Sequence record: DRR723986_1341
Reading direction: 5' to 3' (one strand)
DNA length: 35,763 nucleotides
Shown here: piece after piece, positions 27,040-35,763 of the stretch
Layout: each line of letters starts with the position of its first letter
How positions within the stretch are numbered: position 1 is the first letter of the stretch
The notes under the pieces: model-generated
Database searches by the model: none
Told to the model about the DNA's origin: nothing
Seen by the model: the letters and a program-made list of their open reading frames with translations, nothing else
Made by a program: the position numbers and the translations under genes

Positions 27040-28428
27040 TCAGTATTTGTAGTGTTCCGACTTGAACGGACCAGCCTTATTAATCCCCAGATATTGAGAT
27101 TGCTCGTCCGACAATTCGGTTAACGTGACGCCCAGCTTCTCCAGGTGAAGGCGAGCAACCTTCTCGTCCAGATGTTTCGGCAGCACGTAGACTTCGTTCT
27201 TGTACTGATCGCCCTTGGTGAAGAGTTCGATCTGCGCCAGAACCTGGTTGGTAAAGCTTGCGGACATGACGAAGCTCGGGTGGCCGGTGGCATTGCCGAG
27301 GTTCACCAGACGGCCCTGCGAGAGCAGGATCATGCGCTTGCCATCCGGGAACACATACATGTCGACCTGGTCCTTGACCGGGCGGCACTTGGTGTTCTTG
27401 AGGGCAGCAACCTGGATCTCGTTGTCGAAGTGGCCGATGTTACAGACGATCGCCATGTCCTTCATGCCACGCATGTGGTCGAAGGTGATGATGTCCTTGT
27501 TGCCGGTCGCGGTGACGTAGATATCGCCTTCCGGAAGAGCCTGTTCGATGGTCTTGACCTCGAAACCGTCCATGGAAGCCTGCAGGGCGCAGATCGGGTC
27601 GATTTCGGTGACGATCACGCGGGCACCGGCACCAGCCAGGGACTGTGCGGAGCCTTTGCCGACGTCGCCGTAACCGCAGACAACGGCAACCTTGCCGGAC
27701 ATCATCACGTCGGTGCCGCGGCGGATACCGTCGACCAGGGACTCACGGCAGCCATAACGGTTGTCGAACTTGGACTTGGTGACGCTGTCGTTGACGTTGA
27801 TCGCCGGGAACGGCAGGTCGCCCTTCTTCTGCATTTCATAAAGACGCAGAACGCCAGTGGTGGTTTCTTCCGAAACGCCCTGGATCAGCTCTTTCTGCTT
27901 GGTGAACCAGCCCGGATTGGCGGCCATGCGCTTCTTGATCTGCGCGAACAGGCACACTTCCTCGTCCGACTTCGGGTTATCGATCAGACCGGTTTCACCG
28001 GCTTCGACCCGTGCACCGAGCAGGATGTAGAGCGTGGCGTCGCCGCCATCGTCCAGGATCATGTTCGCACCTTCGGGGAAGTCGAAGATCTTGTCGGCAT
28101 AATCCCAGTATTCTTCCAGGGTTTCGCCCTTGGTGGCGAAAACCGGAATGCCTGCGGCTGCAATCGCAGCGGCTGCCTGATCCTGCGTGGAATAGATGTT
28201 GCAGGACGCCCAACGGACTTCCGCACCCAGTGCAACCAGCGTTTCGATCAGAACGGCGGTCTGAATGGTCATGTGCAGGGAACCGGCAATGCGGGCGCCC
28301 TTGAGAGGCTTGGAGTCACCGAATTCGGCGCGGCAGGCCATCAGGCCCGGCATTTCGTGTTCGGCGATCTCGATTTCGGTGCGGCCCCAGTCTGCGAGCC
28401 CGATGTCTTTAACGATGTAGTCGGTCAT
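27040..28428 (-). CDS. ahcY: Adenosylhomocysteinase (SAH hydrolase)
   Basis: [63 protein letters not shown]. Confidence 0.98.
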   Translation of the reverse strand: MTDYIVKDIGLADWGRTEIEIAEHEMPGLMACRAEFGDSKPLKGARIAGSLHMTIQTAVLIETLVALGAEVRWASCNIYSTQDQAAAAIAAAGIPVFATKGETLEEYWDYADKIFDFPEGANMILDDGGDATLYILLGARVEAGETGLIDNPKSDEEVCLFAQIKKRMAANPGWFTKQKELIQGVSEETTTGVLRLYEMQKKGDLPFPAINVNDSVTKSKFDNRYGCRESLVDGIRRGTDVMMSGKVAVVCGYGDVGKGSAQSLAGAGARVIVTEIDPICALQASMDGFEVKTIEQALPEGDIYVTATGNKDIITFDHMRGMKDMAIVCNIGHFDNEIQVAALKNTKCRPVKDQVDMYVFPDGKRMILLSQGRLVNLGNATGHPSFVMSASFTNQVLAQIELFTKGDQYKNEVYVLPKHLDEKVARLHLEKLGVTLTELSDEQSQYLGINKAGPFKSEHYKY

Positions 28429-28567
28429 GAATAAGTCCTGCTGTTTTGAGCCAGCTTCAGGCGCAAGGCCCCTTGAGTGTCGCCGCCATCTCGTGAACCA
28501 GTGCCAAAACGGCACCAGGGGCGGGCGACAGCCGAAATCCGGAAGGCTCCGGAAATCGTTGGAAGGG

Positions 28568-28596
28568 GTTATAGCGTCAGCAGGGTCATCACGCAA
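28568..28596 (-). promoter_or_regulatory. Sigma70-type promoter for ahcY
   Basis: Minus strand TTGCGT-N17-TATAAC. Confidence 0.6.
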
Positions 28597-28600
28597 TAAA

Positions 28601-28622
28601 GATATAAAGAATTCTTTATATC
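28601..28622. promoter_or_regulatory. SahR-type operator palindrome upstream of ahcY
   Basis: Perfect 22-bp palindrome GATATAAAGAATTCTTTATATC next to the -35; matches the ATATAAAG-N4-CTTTATAT type of motif I recall for SahR. Confidence 0.8.
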
Positions 28623-28633
28623 ATATGTCCCAA

Positions 28634-29941
28634 TCACGTCCGGTAGAGATCCGCGCGTGACGGCGGCATGCCTGACGGACCCTTGGTGCGACGCGTCGCG
28701 ACCGTCTGGAAGATGCCGATGGAGCCGCGTTCGAAGCCAAGCGAGACGCCAATGAGATAGGCCAGCCACAGACGATATTTGTGCTCGCCTATTTCCGCGA
28801 CAGCCGCGTCCTTTACCTTCATCAGGTTTTCCGCCCACAGCCGTGTCGTGCGGGCATAGTGCTCGCGCCAGGCTTCTACGTCGTGAACCTCAAAGCCGTG
28901 CGCTTCCAGATTGGTCAGCGTCCAGCCAATGTGGTCGACCTCCCCTCCCGGGAAGATATAGCGTACCAGTGCCTGGTATTCCGGCTTCTTGCGGCGGAAC
29001 GCCTTCAGATCCTTTTTGCCGCGGCGGGTGATCGCATGGTGCAGGTAGACACCCCGCGGTTTCAGCAGGCGGTGCACGCTCTGGAAATAATTATCGTAAT
29101 TGTCCAGCCCGACCGCCTCGAACATGCCGATGGATGAGATCTTGTCGAACTTCCCGTCCATGTCGCGATAGTCGATCAGCTTGACCGAGACCTTGTCTTC
29201 AAGGCCACGCGCCTTGATCCGCTCCTCGGCAAGCTTCAGCTGTTCTTCCGCCAGTGTGACCCCAACGGCTGTCACGCCATAATGCTCGGCGGCGTGGCAA
29301 ATCAGGGCGCCCCAGCCGCAACCGATATCGAGCATCCGGTCGCCCGGCTTCAGCCGCAGCTTGCGGCAGATCATGTCGAGCTTGTCTTTCTGCGCCGTCG
29401 CCAGATCGTTCGACCAGTCGGAGAAATAGGCGCAGGTGTAGACCATCTCCGGATCGAGAAAGAGCCGATAGAAGTCGTTGGAAACGTCGTAATGGAACGC
29501 GATGTCGTCCTTGCGGCTGCCGGAGCTTCGGTCCGCTGACTGACCGGCATCAAGCCCGTCCGGGTTGGCTTCAGCCTTGCGACCAGTGCCGCGCCAGAGC
29601 GAAAACCCGGTTTTCAGCAGCAGGGTCTTGTTGAGGCGCTTGCGAATTTCCCGGCTTTTGAGTGTCGGCCGCTTTTCGGCAAAGTCAAAAATGCTGCCAC
29701 CGCGCGGGTCGACGTCGCCATTTGCATAGAGATCGATCAGCGTCTTGATGCCGGGACGGCGAAGAAGACGCGTCAGGGCCGTTTCGGAAAGCGCAAGCCG
29801 CAGACCGTCCGCCGGCGCATCGGCAGGTACCCGGGATCCGTCCCAGAGTTCGAACGCGAATTGAAGGTCCAACGCCTCATGGACATGGGTAAGTGCAGTG
29901 CGTGCGGCGGAAATCAGTCGGTCCTGAGTGTGGCTCGCCAT
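28634..29941 (-). CDS. cfa: Cyclopropane-fatty-acyl-phospholipid synthase family SAM-dependent methyltransferase
   Basis: IAFHYDVSNDFY.LFLD..MVYTCAYF, LDIGCGWG, SIGMFEAVG, YIFPGG, HYARTT..W. Confidence 0.9.
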   Translation of the reverse strand: MASHTQDRLISAARTALTHVHEALDLQFAFELWDGSRVPADAPADGLRLALSETALTRLLRRPGIKTLIDLYANGDVDPRGGSIFDFAEKRPTLKSREIRKRLNKTLLLKTGFSLWRGTGRKAEANPDGLDAGQSADRSSGSRKDDIAFHYDVSNDFYRLFLDPEMVYTCAYFSDWSNDLATAQKDKLDMICRKLRLKPGDRMLDIGCGWGALICHAAEHYGVTAVGVTLAEEQLKLAEERIKARGLEDKVSVKLIDYRDMDGKFDKISSIGMFEAVGLDNYDNYFQSVHRLLKPRGVYLHHAITRRGKKDLKAFRRKKPEYQALVRYIFPGGEVDHIGWTLTNLEAHGFEVHDVEAWREHYARTTRLWAENLMKVKDAAVAEIGEHKYRLWLAYLIGVSLGFERGSIGIFQTVATRRTKGPSGMPPSRADLYRT

Positions 29942-30046
29942 GTCGGCCCCCGGTTCGGTTTGGAAGGGTGTGGCCGATGCCCGGAATTCACTCGATCGAC
30001 CGCAGCAGGAATGTGCACCGCAGGGTGGCGGCACGAAATGTCAAAA

Positions 30047-30331
30047 TCAATCTTCTTCGCCAAAGCCGCTTTCGACGAGCTCGGCAATCGCCGCCATGGC
30101 GTCTCCCGCATCAGAGCCGGTGACGCTGACTGTGATAAAGCAGCCCGGGCTGGCAGCGAGCATCATGAGACCCATGATCGACGTTCCGCCGACTGTCTGG
30201 CCGTCCTTGGAAACCTGGACGTCTGCGTCAAACGTCTCCACCAGCTTCACCAGCTTTGCGGAAGCCCTGGCATGCAGGCCACGGCGGTTGACGATTGTCA
30301 GGTCTTTTTCCAACACGGTCTGCGCTGTCAT
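30047..30331 (-). CDS. ptsH: Phosphocarrier protein HPr/NPr
   Basis: IVNRRGLHARASAK (phospho-His) and SIMGLMMLAA (regulatory Ser). Confidence 0.95.
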   Translation of the reverse strand: MTAQTVLEKDLTIVNRRGLHARASAKLVKLVETFDADVQVSKDGQTVGGTSIMGLMMLAASPGCFITVSVTGSDAGDAMAAIAELVESGFGEED

Positions 30332-30338
30332 TGTTGTT

Positions 30339-30743
30339 TTAGTTCTGTCCCGACAGCACCTGGCTGGCAACCGAGATGTATTTCTGGCCGGCCTGACGGG
30401 CTTCGTCGACAGCATCGGCCAGTTCGCGATCTGCGCGCACGCTGGCAAGCTTGATCAGCATCGGCAGATTGACACCGGCCACCACTTCAACGGATTTGCT
30501 GTCCATCACGGAAATTGCGAGGTTGGAAGGTGTGCCACCGAACATGTCCGTCAGAAGCACCACACCCTTGCCGGAATTGGCAGCTTCCACAGCGGCCAGA
30601 ATGTCCTGGCGACGCTGCTCCATGTCGTCATCCGGACCAATGGAGATGGTTTCAACCTGTTCCTGTGGACCGACAACATGTTCCAGCGCCGCTTTGAATT
30701 CCTCAGCAAGGCGCCCGTGCGTAACAAGTACAAGTCCGATCAT
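30339..30743 (-). CDS. manX: PTS EIIA mannose-type component
   Basis: MIGLVLVTHG.LA, LTDMFGGTPSN, GVNLPML. Confidence 0.93.
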   Translation of the reverse strand: MIGLVLVTHGRLAEEFKAALEHVVGPQEQVETISIGPDDDMEQRRQDILAAVEAANSGKGVVLLTDMFGGTPSNLAISVMDSKSVEVVAGVNLPMLIKLASVRADRELADAVDEARQAGQKYISVASQVLSGQN

Positions 30744-30879
30744 GCGTCAGTTAGCCTGATTATCGAGTGCGTTAAGCTCAGGATCCCAAAAGAGATCCGG
30801 AAAGAGCCGGGCGTTTATCAGTCTGATGCACTCTCTTCAACCGCTTCGTCAGTTGCAAGCAAAAAACGCCCCTGCTGCC

Positions 30880-31347
30880 TCAAATATAATCCGGTCCTTT
30901 GGGGAAAAGGTGCCGTAACGCCCAACGGACCAGGCGCAGGCTGTGCTCGGGGTAGTTTTGCGGGCACATAACCACCGGCAAATGCACGCCTTCAAGGCAG
31001 GTCGTCGCAAGAGCCTGCTCCGGCATCCTCTCGATGGCGTCGGCCTGCTTCAGTTCGACCAACAGATGCACTTGCGCGTGCGGCAGAAAGCGCGTTTCGA
31101 CAACACCGAAACCGCGTACTTCCATGCGGCCTTCGATCGTCCGCGGCGCACGCGCCTCAAGCCGTCCATCAGCTGCAGCAACATGCGTGTAGTCGTCAGC
31201 CACCAGAAGGCCGAGATTGCCTTTGGCCCGTGCCGCCTCGATGAGAATATCCGAAAGGGTTGTCTTGCCGCTTCCGGCACCGCCCCGGATCAGAAGGCCG
31301 GCTGTGCCCACCACCACGCAATTGGCATGAACCGCCGGAGGCGTCAC
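30880..31347 (-). CDS. hprK: HPr kinase/phosphorylase, short alphaproteobacterial form
   Basis: VHANCV...GLLIRGGAGSGKT, LVADD, GRMEVRGFG; ATGA overlap with the chvG stop. Confidence 0.88.
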   Translation of the reverse strand: MTPPAVHANCVVVGTAGLLIRGGAGSGKTTLSDILIEAARAKGNLGLLVADDYTHVAAADGRLEARAPRTIEGRMEVRGFGVVETRFLPHAQVHLLVELKQADAIERMPEQALATTCLEGVHLPVVMCPQNYPEHSLRLVRWALRHLFPKGPDYI

Positions 31348-33161
31348 TTGCTCCGCCCTGCCGGCAGATAGATGGTGAAACGAGCACCTGCAATCTTCTG
31401 CTTGCCGTCCCGACCGGGCACCAGCCGGTTGGTGGCAACAATGGTCCCGCCATGGGCTTCGATGATCTGCCGGGAGATCGACAGGCCCAGACCGGAATTG
31501 TTGCCGAAGCCTTCGCCTTCGGGCCTGTCGGTATAGAAGCGTTCAAAAATGCGTTCGGTGTTTTCAGCACGGATGCCGGGACCGTCATCATCCACGATGA
31601 TCTTGATCATCCGGCCGTCCCGGCTGAGATCCACCCGAACCGTTCCGCCGGCGGGCGAGAAGGACCTGGCGTTGTCCAGAAGGTTGCTGACGACCTGTCC
31701 GAGGCGAATATCATGTCCTTGCATCTGATAAGGCTTGCTGCCCTGAGCATCTGCAACGGCCAGCTTGACACTTGCCTCCTCCGCTCCGGACCGCTGGTTG
31801 GCGGCATCGGCCATGTTGCGCAGCAGTTCGGCCAGGTCGATCGGCTCGGCCTGGATCCGGGCCAGTTCCGCATCAAGGCGGGAAGCATCGGAGATGTCGC
31901 TGATCAGACGATCGAGGCGGCGCACGTCATGCTGGATCACTTCCATCAACCGGTCCTGCGAATTCTTGGACTTGGCCAGGGGCAGGGTTTCCACGGCGCT
32001 GCGCAGCGATGTCAGCGGGTTCTTCAATTCGTGCGCGACATCGGCGGCAAACTGCTCGATCGCATCGATCTTGTTATAGAGCGCGTGGGTCATTTCCCGG
32101 AACGAACGCGCCAGATGGCCGATCTCGTCCTGCCGATCCGAAAAGTCCGGTATCTCCTCGCGAGAGGTCGAGCCTCGCCGCACGCGGTCCGCGGCAGCCG
32201 CAAGGCGCCTGACCGGACCGGCAATCGTCCCGGCCAACAGGATCGACAGAAGGATGGTCACTGTGGCGGCAAACAGGAACACGCGAATGATGGCGATACG
32301 TTCGGCCCGCACGATGGCGTCGATGTCACCGCCCTGTGTCGACAGGAGCAAGGCCCCGAGGACCGCACGGAACCGCTGGATCGGCACGGCAACGGAAACG
32401 ATCAGCTCGCCCCGTTGCGAGATCCGCGTCACGCTGGCCGGGGACCCGGCAAGCGCCGCCTCCACTTCCGGATAGGCACGGCCATCACCGCCGCCTACGT
32501 CCTGATAGATCGGCAGGTCGCCCTGGCGCAGCCAGCGCTTGACCCATTGCCAGGTCGAATCCCAGAAGCCTTCCTCCTCCGCCGTCGGAGGCGGCAGATC
32601 GAAGCGCAGGATCTGGGCGCTGGTATAAAGGTGGCGGCTATCGAGGATGAGAATGCCTTCCGGATCATAGATCCGCGCCCGGGTCTTGGTCGGCGAAATC
32701 AGGCGGCGCAGCACGGGACCGACCCGTTCCGGGTTGATCGGAAAGTCGAGACTGTCGAGATCTTCCTGGGTCGGTGTAATGCTTTCGCCTGCCTGCAACT
32801 GCAACAGGCGTTCGGGGTCGACGGTGATCGTGCCCGTATCGACGGTGGCGGACGCGGCAATGGCGCCGGCAATGATTTCGCCCTGGGTCAGAAGGCTCTG
32901 CACCCGTGCATCGATCAGACCCGCCCGAAACTGGTTGAGGTACAGAATACCGATCACCAGTGCCAGCAGACCCACGAGGTTGATGGCGATGATCCGCCGC
33001 GTCAGCGACGAGAGAACATAGGTTCCGAAGATACGGCCCAACTGGCTGAGCAGACGGCGACGGATGCGCTTGTTGCCAAGTCGGCGCAGACGGGAGCGAT
33101 CCGAACCGTTCTGAGGTTCAGAGGCACCAATCTCTTCCGCGCTCTCGCTTTCCACCGCCAT
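31344..33161 (-). CDS. chvG: Sensor histidine kinase ChvG/ExoS
   Basis: SSLTRRI...N, YLNQFRAGLIDARVQSL..QGEIIAGAIAASAT, ADVAHELKNPLTSLRSAVE, FYTDRP...FGNNSGLGL. Confidence 0.96.
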   Translation of the reverse strand: MAVESESAEEIGASEPQNGSDRSRLRRLGNKRIRRRLLSQLGRIFGTYVLSSLTRRIIAINLVGLLALVIGILYLNQFRAGLIDARVQSLLTQGEIIAGAIAASATVDTGTITVDPERLLQLQAGESITPTQEDLDSLDFPINPERVGPVLRRLISPTKTRARIYDPEGILILDSRHLYTSAQILRFDLPPPTAEEEGFWDSTWQWVKRWLRQGDLPIYQDVGGGDGRAYPEVEAALAGSPASVTRISQRGELIVSVAVPIQRFRAVLGALLLSTQGGDIDAIVRAERIAIIRVFLFAATVTILLSILLAGTIAGPVRRLAAAADRVRRGSTSREEIPDFSDRQDEIGHLARSFREMTHALYNKIDAIEQFAADVAHELKNPLTSLRSAVETLPLAKSKNSQDRLMEVIQHDVRRLDRLISDISDASRLDAELARIQAEPIDLAELLRNMADAANQRSGAEEASVKLAVADAQGSKPYQMQGHDIRLGQVVSNLLDNARSFSPAGGTVRVDLSRDGRMIKIIVDDDGPGIRAENTERIFERFYTDRPEGEGFGNNSGLGLSISRQIIEAHGGTIVATNRLVPGRDGKQKIAGARFTIYLPAGRSK

Positions 33162-33182
33162 TCGGGCTCACATTAGATCAAA

Positions 33183-33212
33183 GGCTGTTCAATCGAAACC
33201 GACTGAACAGCC
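33183..33212 (-). terminator. Stem-loop between chvI and chvG
   Basis: Minus strand GGCTGTTCAGTCG-GTTT-CGATTGAACAGCC-TTTG: 13-bp stem with one G-U pair. Confidence 0.55.
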
Positions 33213-33264
33213 AAAAGCAGATCGTTTCCAGGTTTTACCGGGACAGTCGCTCTACCGGTCCGTT

Positions 33265-33963
33265 TCAGACTTCCCGGAAACGATACCCGACGCCGTAGAG
33301 GGTTTCGATCATGTCGAAGTCGTCATCAACAACCTTGAACTTCTTGCGCAACCGCTTGATGTGGCTATCGATGGTGCGGTCGTCCACATAGACCTGATCG
33401 TCATAGGCCGCGTCCATGAGCGCGTTACGGCTCTTGACGACACCGGGCCGTTGCGCGAGCGCGGACAGGATCAGGAATTCGGTCACGGTCAGCGTGACGG
33501 GTTTGCCGTTCCAGGTGCAGGTGTGACGCTCCTGGTCCATCACAAGCTGGCCACGTTCCAGCAGTTTGTCGGCATCGTCGCGCGGCGTGGATGCGTCACG
33601 CGGCTGCGCCCGGCGCAGCACCGCGCGCACACGCTCGACCAGAAGCCGCTGCGAAAAGGGTTTGCGGATGAAATCGTCGGCGCCCATCTTCAGGCCGAAG
33701 AGTTCGTCGATCTCGTCATCCTTGGAGGTCAGGAAGATTACCGGCAGATCGGAGTTCTGGCGCAGGCGGCGCAGCAGTTCCATGCCGTCCATACGTGGCA
33801 TCTTGATATCGAAAATCGCGAGTTCCGGCGGGTCGCTCTGCAGGCCGTCGAGCGCCGATGTACCGTCGGTGTAGGTTTGAACGCGATAGCCTTCCGCTTC
33901 CAATGCGATAGAGACCGAAGTCAAAATGTTGCGGTCGTCATCGACCAGGGCAATTGTCGGCAT
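33265..33963 (-). CDS. chvI: Response regulator ChvI (OmpR family)
   Basis: [64 protein letters not shown]. Confidence 0.97.
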   Translation of the reverse strand: MPTIALVDDDRNILTSVSIALEAEGYRVQTYTDGTSALDGLQSDPPELAIFDIKMPRMDGMELLRRLRQNSDLPVIFLTSKDDEIDELFGLKMGADDFIRKPFSQRLLVERVRAVLRRAQPRDASTPRDDADKLLERGQLVMDQERHTCTWNGKPVTLTVTEFLILSALAQRPGVVKSRNALMDAAYDDQVYVDDRTIDSHIKRLRKKFKVVDDDFDMIETLYGVGYRFREV

Positions 33964-34312
33964 GCTTTGTTTTTCCATTTCCGGCAACGCACCGATGGCG
34001 CGCATCGGCATTAATGTAACACACAGCCTTTGGCCTGCTAAATGCGCATAAATTAAGGCAATCCGCCTCCGGATATGCTTGCATGACACAAAGACCGCCC
34101 AGCCGGCTGCATTGGTGGGGATCACTGTAAAAGATTTCAAGAGACCAACTTAACGTCAAGTCTCGTACATTGGTGGCGAGGCTCAGTCGAGTCTCTATTA
34201 CAAGTGCGAAATGAACGCACTTTCTTTCGATTCAATCAGCATTTCGAACATTCCGAAAGTTTCGATTTTTAGTTCGACGTCCAAATTAATCATTGGCAAT
34301 TTAATGGTGATT

Positions 34313-34326
34313 TTTAATCGATTAAA
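34313..34326. promoter_or_regulatory. LacI-type (PckR-like) operator upstream of pckA
   Basis: Perfect 14-bp palindrome TTTAATCGATTAAA with central CG, about 140 bp before the pckA ATG. Confidence 0.7.
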
Positions 34327-34464
34327 CAATTACATAGCACCTTTGGTAGTCTTGCTGCCTTTTGGTCATTCCACTACGTTCGCAGCCCTCACAGCCAGAT
34401 TTAGCTTTTCTTAACTTTCTCCGGCCGTGACAAAACTAGCCCCCATCACGAGGACTGCGGGAAC

Positions 34465-35763
34465 ATGCAAGAAGTAGGTGTCAGGAATCCCTCAATTGGT
34501 TGCGAAACTTTCGGCTTCAAAGGCCTGAAAGCGCTCTATTGGAACCAGAACGAGCCTGCTCTTTATGAATATTCCCTCTCCCGCGGCGAAGCGCAGCTAG
34601 CTGCCGGCGGCGCGATTGTTGCCGAAACCGGTGTTCACACCGGTCGCTCGCCGAAAGACAAGTTCGTGGTTCTGGACGACGAGACCCGCGACACAGTGTG
34701 GTGGGACAACAACGCCCAGATGTCGAAAGCCAATTTCGACCTGCTGCTGTCCGATTTCCTTGCCCACGCCGAGGGCATGGAGCTGTTCGCACAGGACCTT
34801 TACGGCGGCGCTGACAAGATCCATCGCCTGCCGGTGCGCGTCTACACGGAATATGCCTGGCATTCGCTGTTCATCCGCAACCTCCTTCTCCGGCCCGAGA
34901 CTTCCGAGCTGGAAGGTTTTGCGCCGGACATGACAATCATCGATCTGCCAAGCTTCAAGGCGGATCCGGAACGCTACGGCTGCCGGACAGAAACCGTGAT
35001 CGCCTGCGACCTGACCCGCAAGATCGTCCTGATCGGCGGAACCTCCTATGCAGGTGAAATGAAGAAGTCCGTCTTCACCATGCTGAACCACCTGCTGCCG
35101 GCAAAGGGCGTCATGTCCATGCACTGCTCGGCGAACTTGGGTGATGCAGGCGATACCGCAGTGTTCTTCGGCCTGTCCGGCACCGGCAAGACCACGCTCT
35201 CCGCCGACCCGTCCCGCACGCTGATCGGCGACGACGAGCACGGCTGGGGCGAAAGCGGCGTCTTCAACTTCGAAGGCGGCTGCTACGCCAAGACCATCAA
35301 GCTTTCCGCGGAAGCCGAGCCGGAGATCTACTCCACCACCCAGCGCTTCGGCACTGTTCTGGAAAACGTGGTTCTGGACGAGAACCGGGTGCCGGATTTC
35401 GACGACGGTTCGAAAACCGAAAACACCCGCGCCGCCTACCCGATCCACTTCATTTCCAATGCCAGCGACACCGGCTGCGCGCCGATGCCGAAGACCATCA
35501 TCATGCTGACGGCCGATGCCTTCGGCGTCATGCCGCCGATCGCGCGTCTGACACCGGCCCAGGCGATGTATCACTTCCTGTCCGGGTACACCGCCAAGGT
35601 GGCCGGCACGGAAAAGGGTGTTACCGAGCCGCAGGCAACCTTCTCGACCTGCTTCGGCGCGCCGTTCCTGCCGAGACATCCGTCCGAATACGGCAACCTG
35701 TTGAAGGACCTCATTGCCAAGCACAATGTGGATTGCTGGCTGGTCAACACCGGCTGGACCGGC
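34465..35763 (+). CDS. pckA: Phosphoenolpyruvate carboxykinase (ATP), 3' end outside the window; absent from the ORF track
   Basis: Manual translation from ATG34465: MQEVGVRN...[13 protein letters not shown]...[15 protein letters not shown]...MHCSAN...[15 protein letters not shown]...LIGDDEHGW...NFEGGCYAK. Confidence 0.97.
   Translation, partial: MQEVGVRNPSIGCETFGFKGLKALYWNQNEPALYEYSLSRGEAQLAAGGAIVAETGVHTGRSPKDKFVVLDDETRDTVWWDNNAQMSKANFDLLLSDFLAHAEGMELFAQDLYGGADKIHRLPVRVYTEYAWHSLFIRNLLLRPETSELEGFAPDMTIIDLPSFKADPERYGCRTETVIACDLTRKIVLIGGTSYAGEMKKSVFTMLNHLLPAKGVMSMHCSANLGDAGDTAVFFGLSGTGKTTLSADPSRTLIGDDEHGWGESGVFNFEGGCYAKTIKLSAEAEPEIYSTTQRFGTVLENVVLDENRVPDFDDGSKTENTRAAYPIHFISNASDTGCAPMPKTIIMLTADAFGVMPPIARLTPAQAMYHFLSGYTAKVAGTEKGVTEPQATFSTCFGAPFLPRHPSEYGNLLKDLIAKHNVDCWLVNTGWTG

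Noticed and set aside
30047-31347. Incomplete PTS (no EIIB/EIIC) and short HprK as signs of decay
   Set aside because: This is the normal regulatory PTS arrangement next to chvIG in alphaproteobacteria.
33964-34140. 59-aa N-terminal extension of ChvI; also the extensions of AhcY, Cfa, HPr, AddA, AddB, DctM and DctQ in the ORF track
   Set aside because: Family homology begins at the downstream Met in each case; several extensions also overlap neighbouring genes or promoters.
34113-34141. CTTGAA-N15-CCCCAC on the minus strand as an RpoH promoter for chvI
   Set aside because: The -10 match is weak and there is no independent support; not called.
1-35763. Mobile elements, CRISPR arrays, tRNA/rRNA, defence systems
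   Set aside because: No transposase, integrase or cas ORF, no regularly spaced repeats and no tRNA/rRNA signatures seen by eye; a tRNAscan/Infernal run would confirm.

Overview
High-GC alphaproteobacterial chromosomal window. Gene content and order fit Hyphomicrobiales/Rhizobiales, plausibly Roseibium/Labrenzia-like (inference). The first 10 kb is accessory-type: an NMT1/THI5-type ABC importer operon with an isoxanthopterin/8-oxoguanine-deaminase-like amidohydrolase and a 2OG-Fe(II) oxygenase; slyD; and an enzyme-less TRAP transporter (dctQMP) divergent from a HexR/RpiR regulator with three phased operators. The rest is mostly conserved core: sppA-ihfB-lapA-degenerate OCD homologue, a TRIC-family membrane protein, grpE, trxA, addAB, murU, a tsaE-amgK fusion, divL, ahcY, cfa, ptsH, manX, hprK, chvG-chvI and the divergent pckA (truncated by the window edge). 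Most notable: (i) an unannotated 30-codon hydrophobic ORF at 12939-13031 with a strong RBS, an RpoH-like promoter and a switchable/ROSE-like 5' leader; (ii) the putative pterin/oxidised-purine uptake and catabolism operon; (iii) readable cis-regulatory sites (SahR-type palindrome at ahcY, PckR-type palindrome at pckA, GANTC cluster plus CtrA-like box at divL). No rRNA, tRNA, CRISPR array or mobile element was seen.
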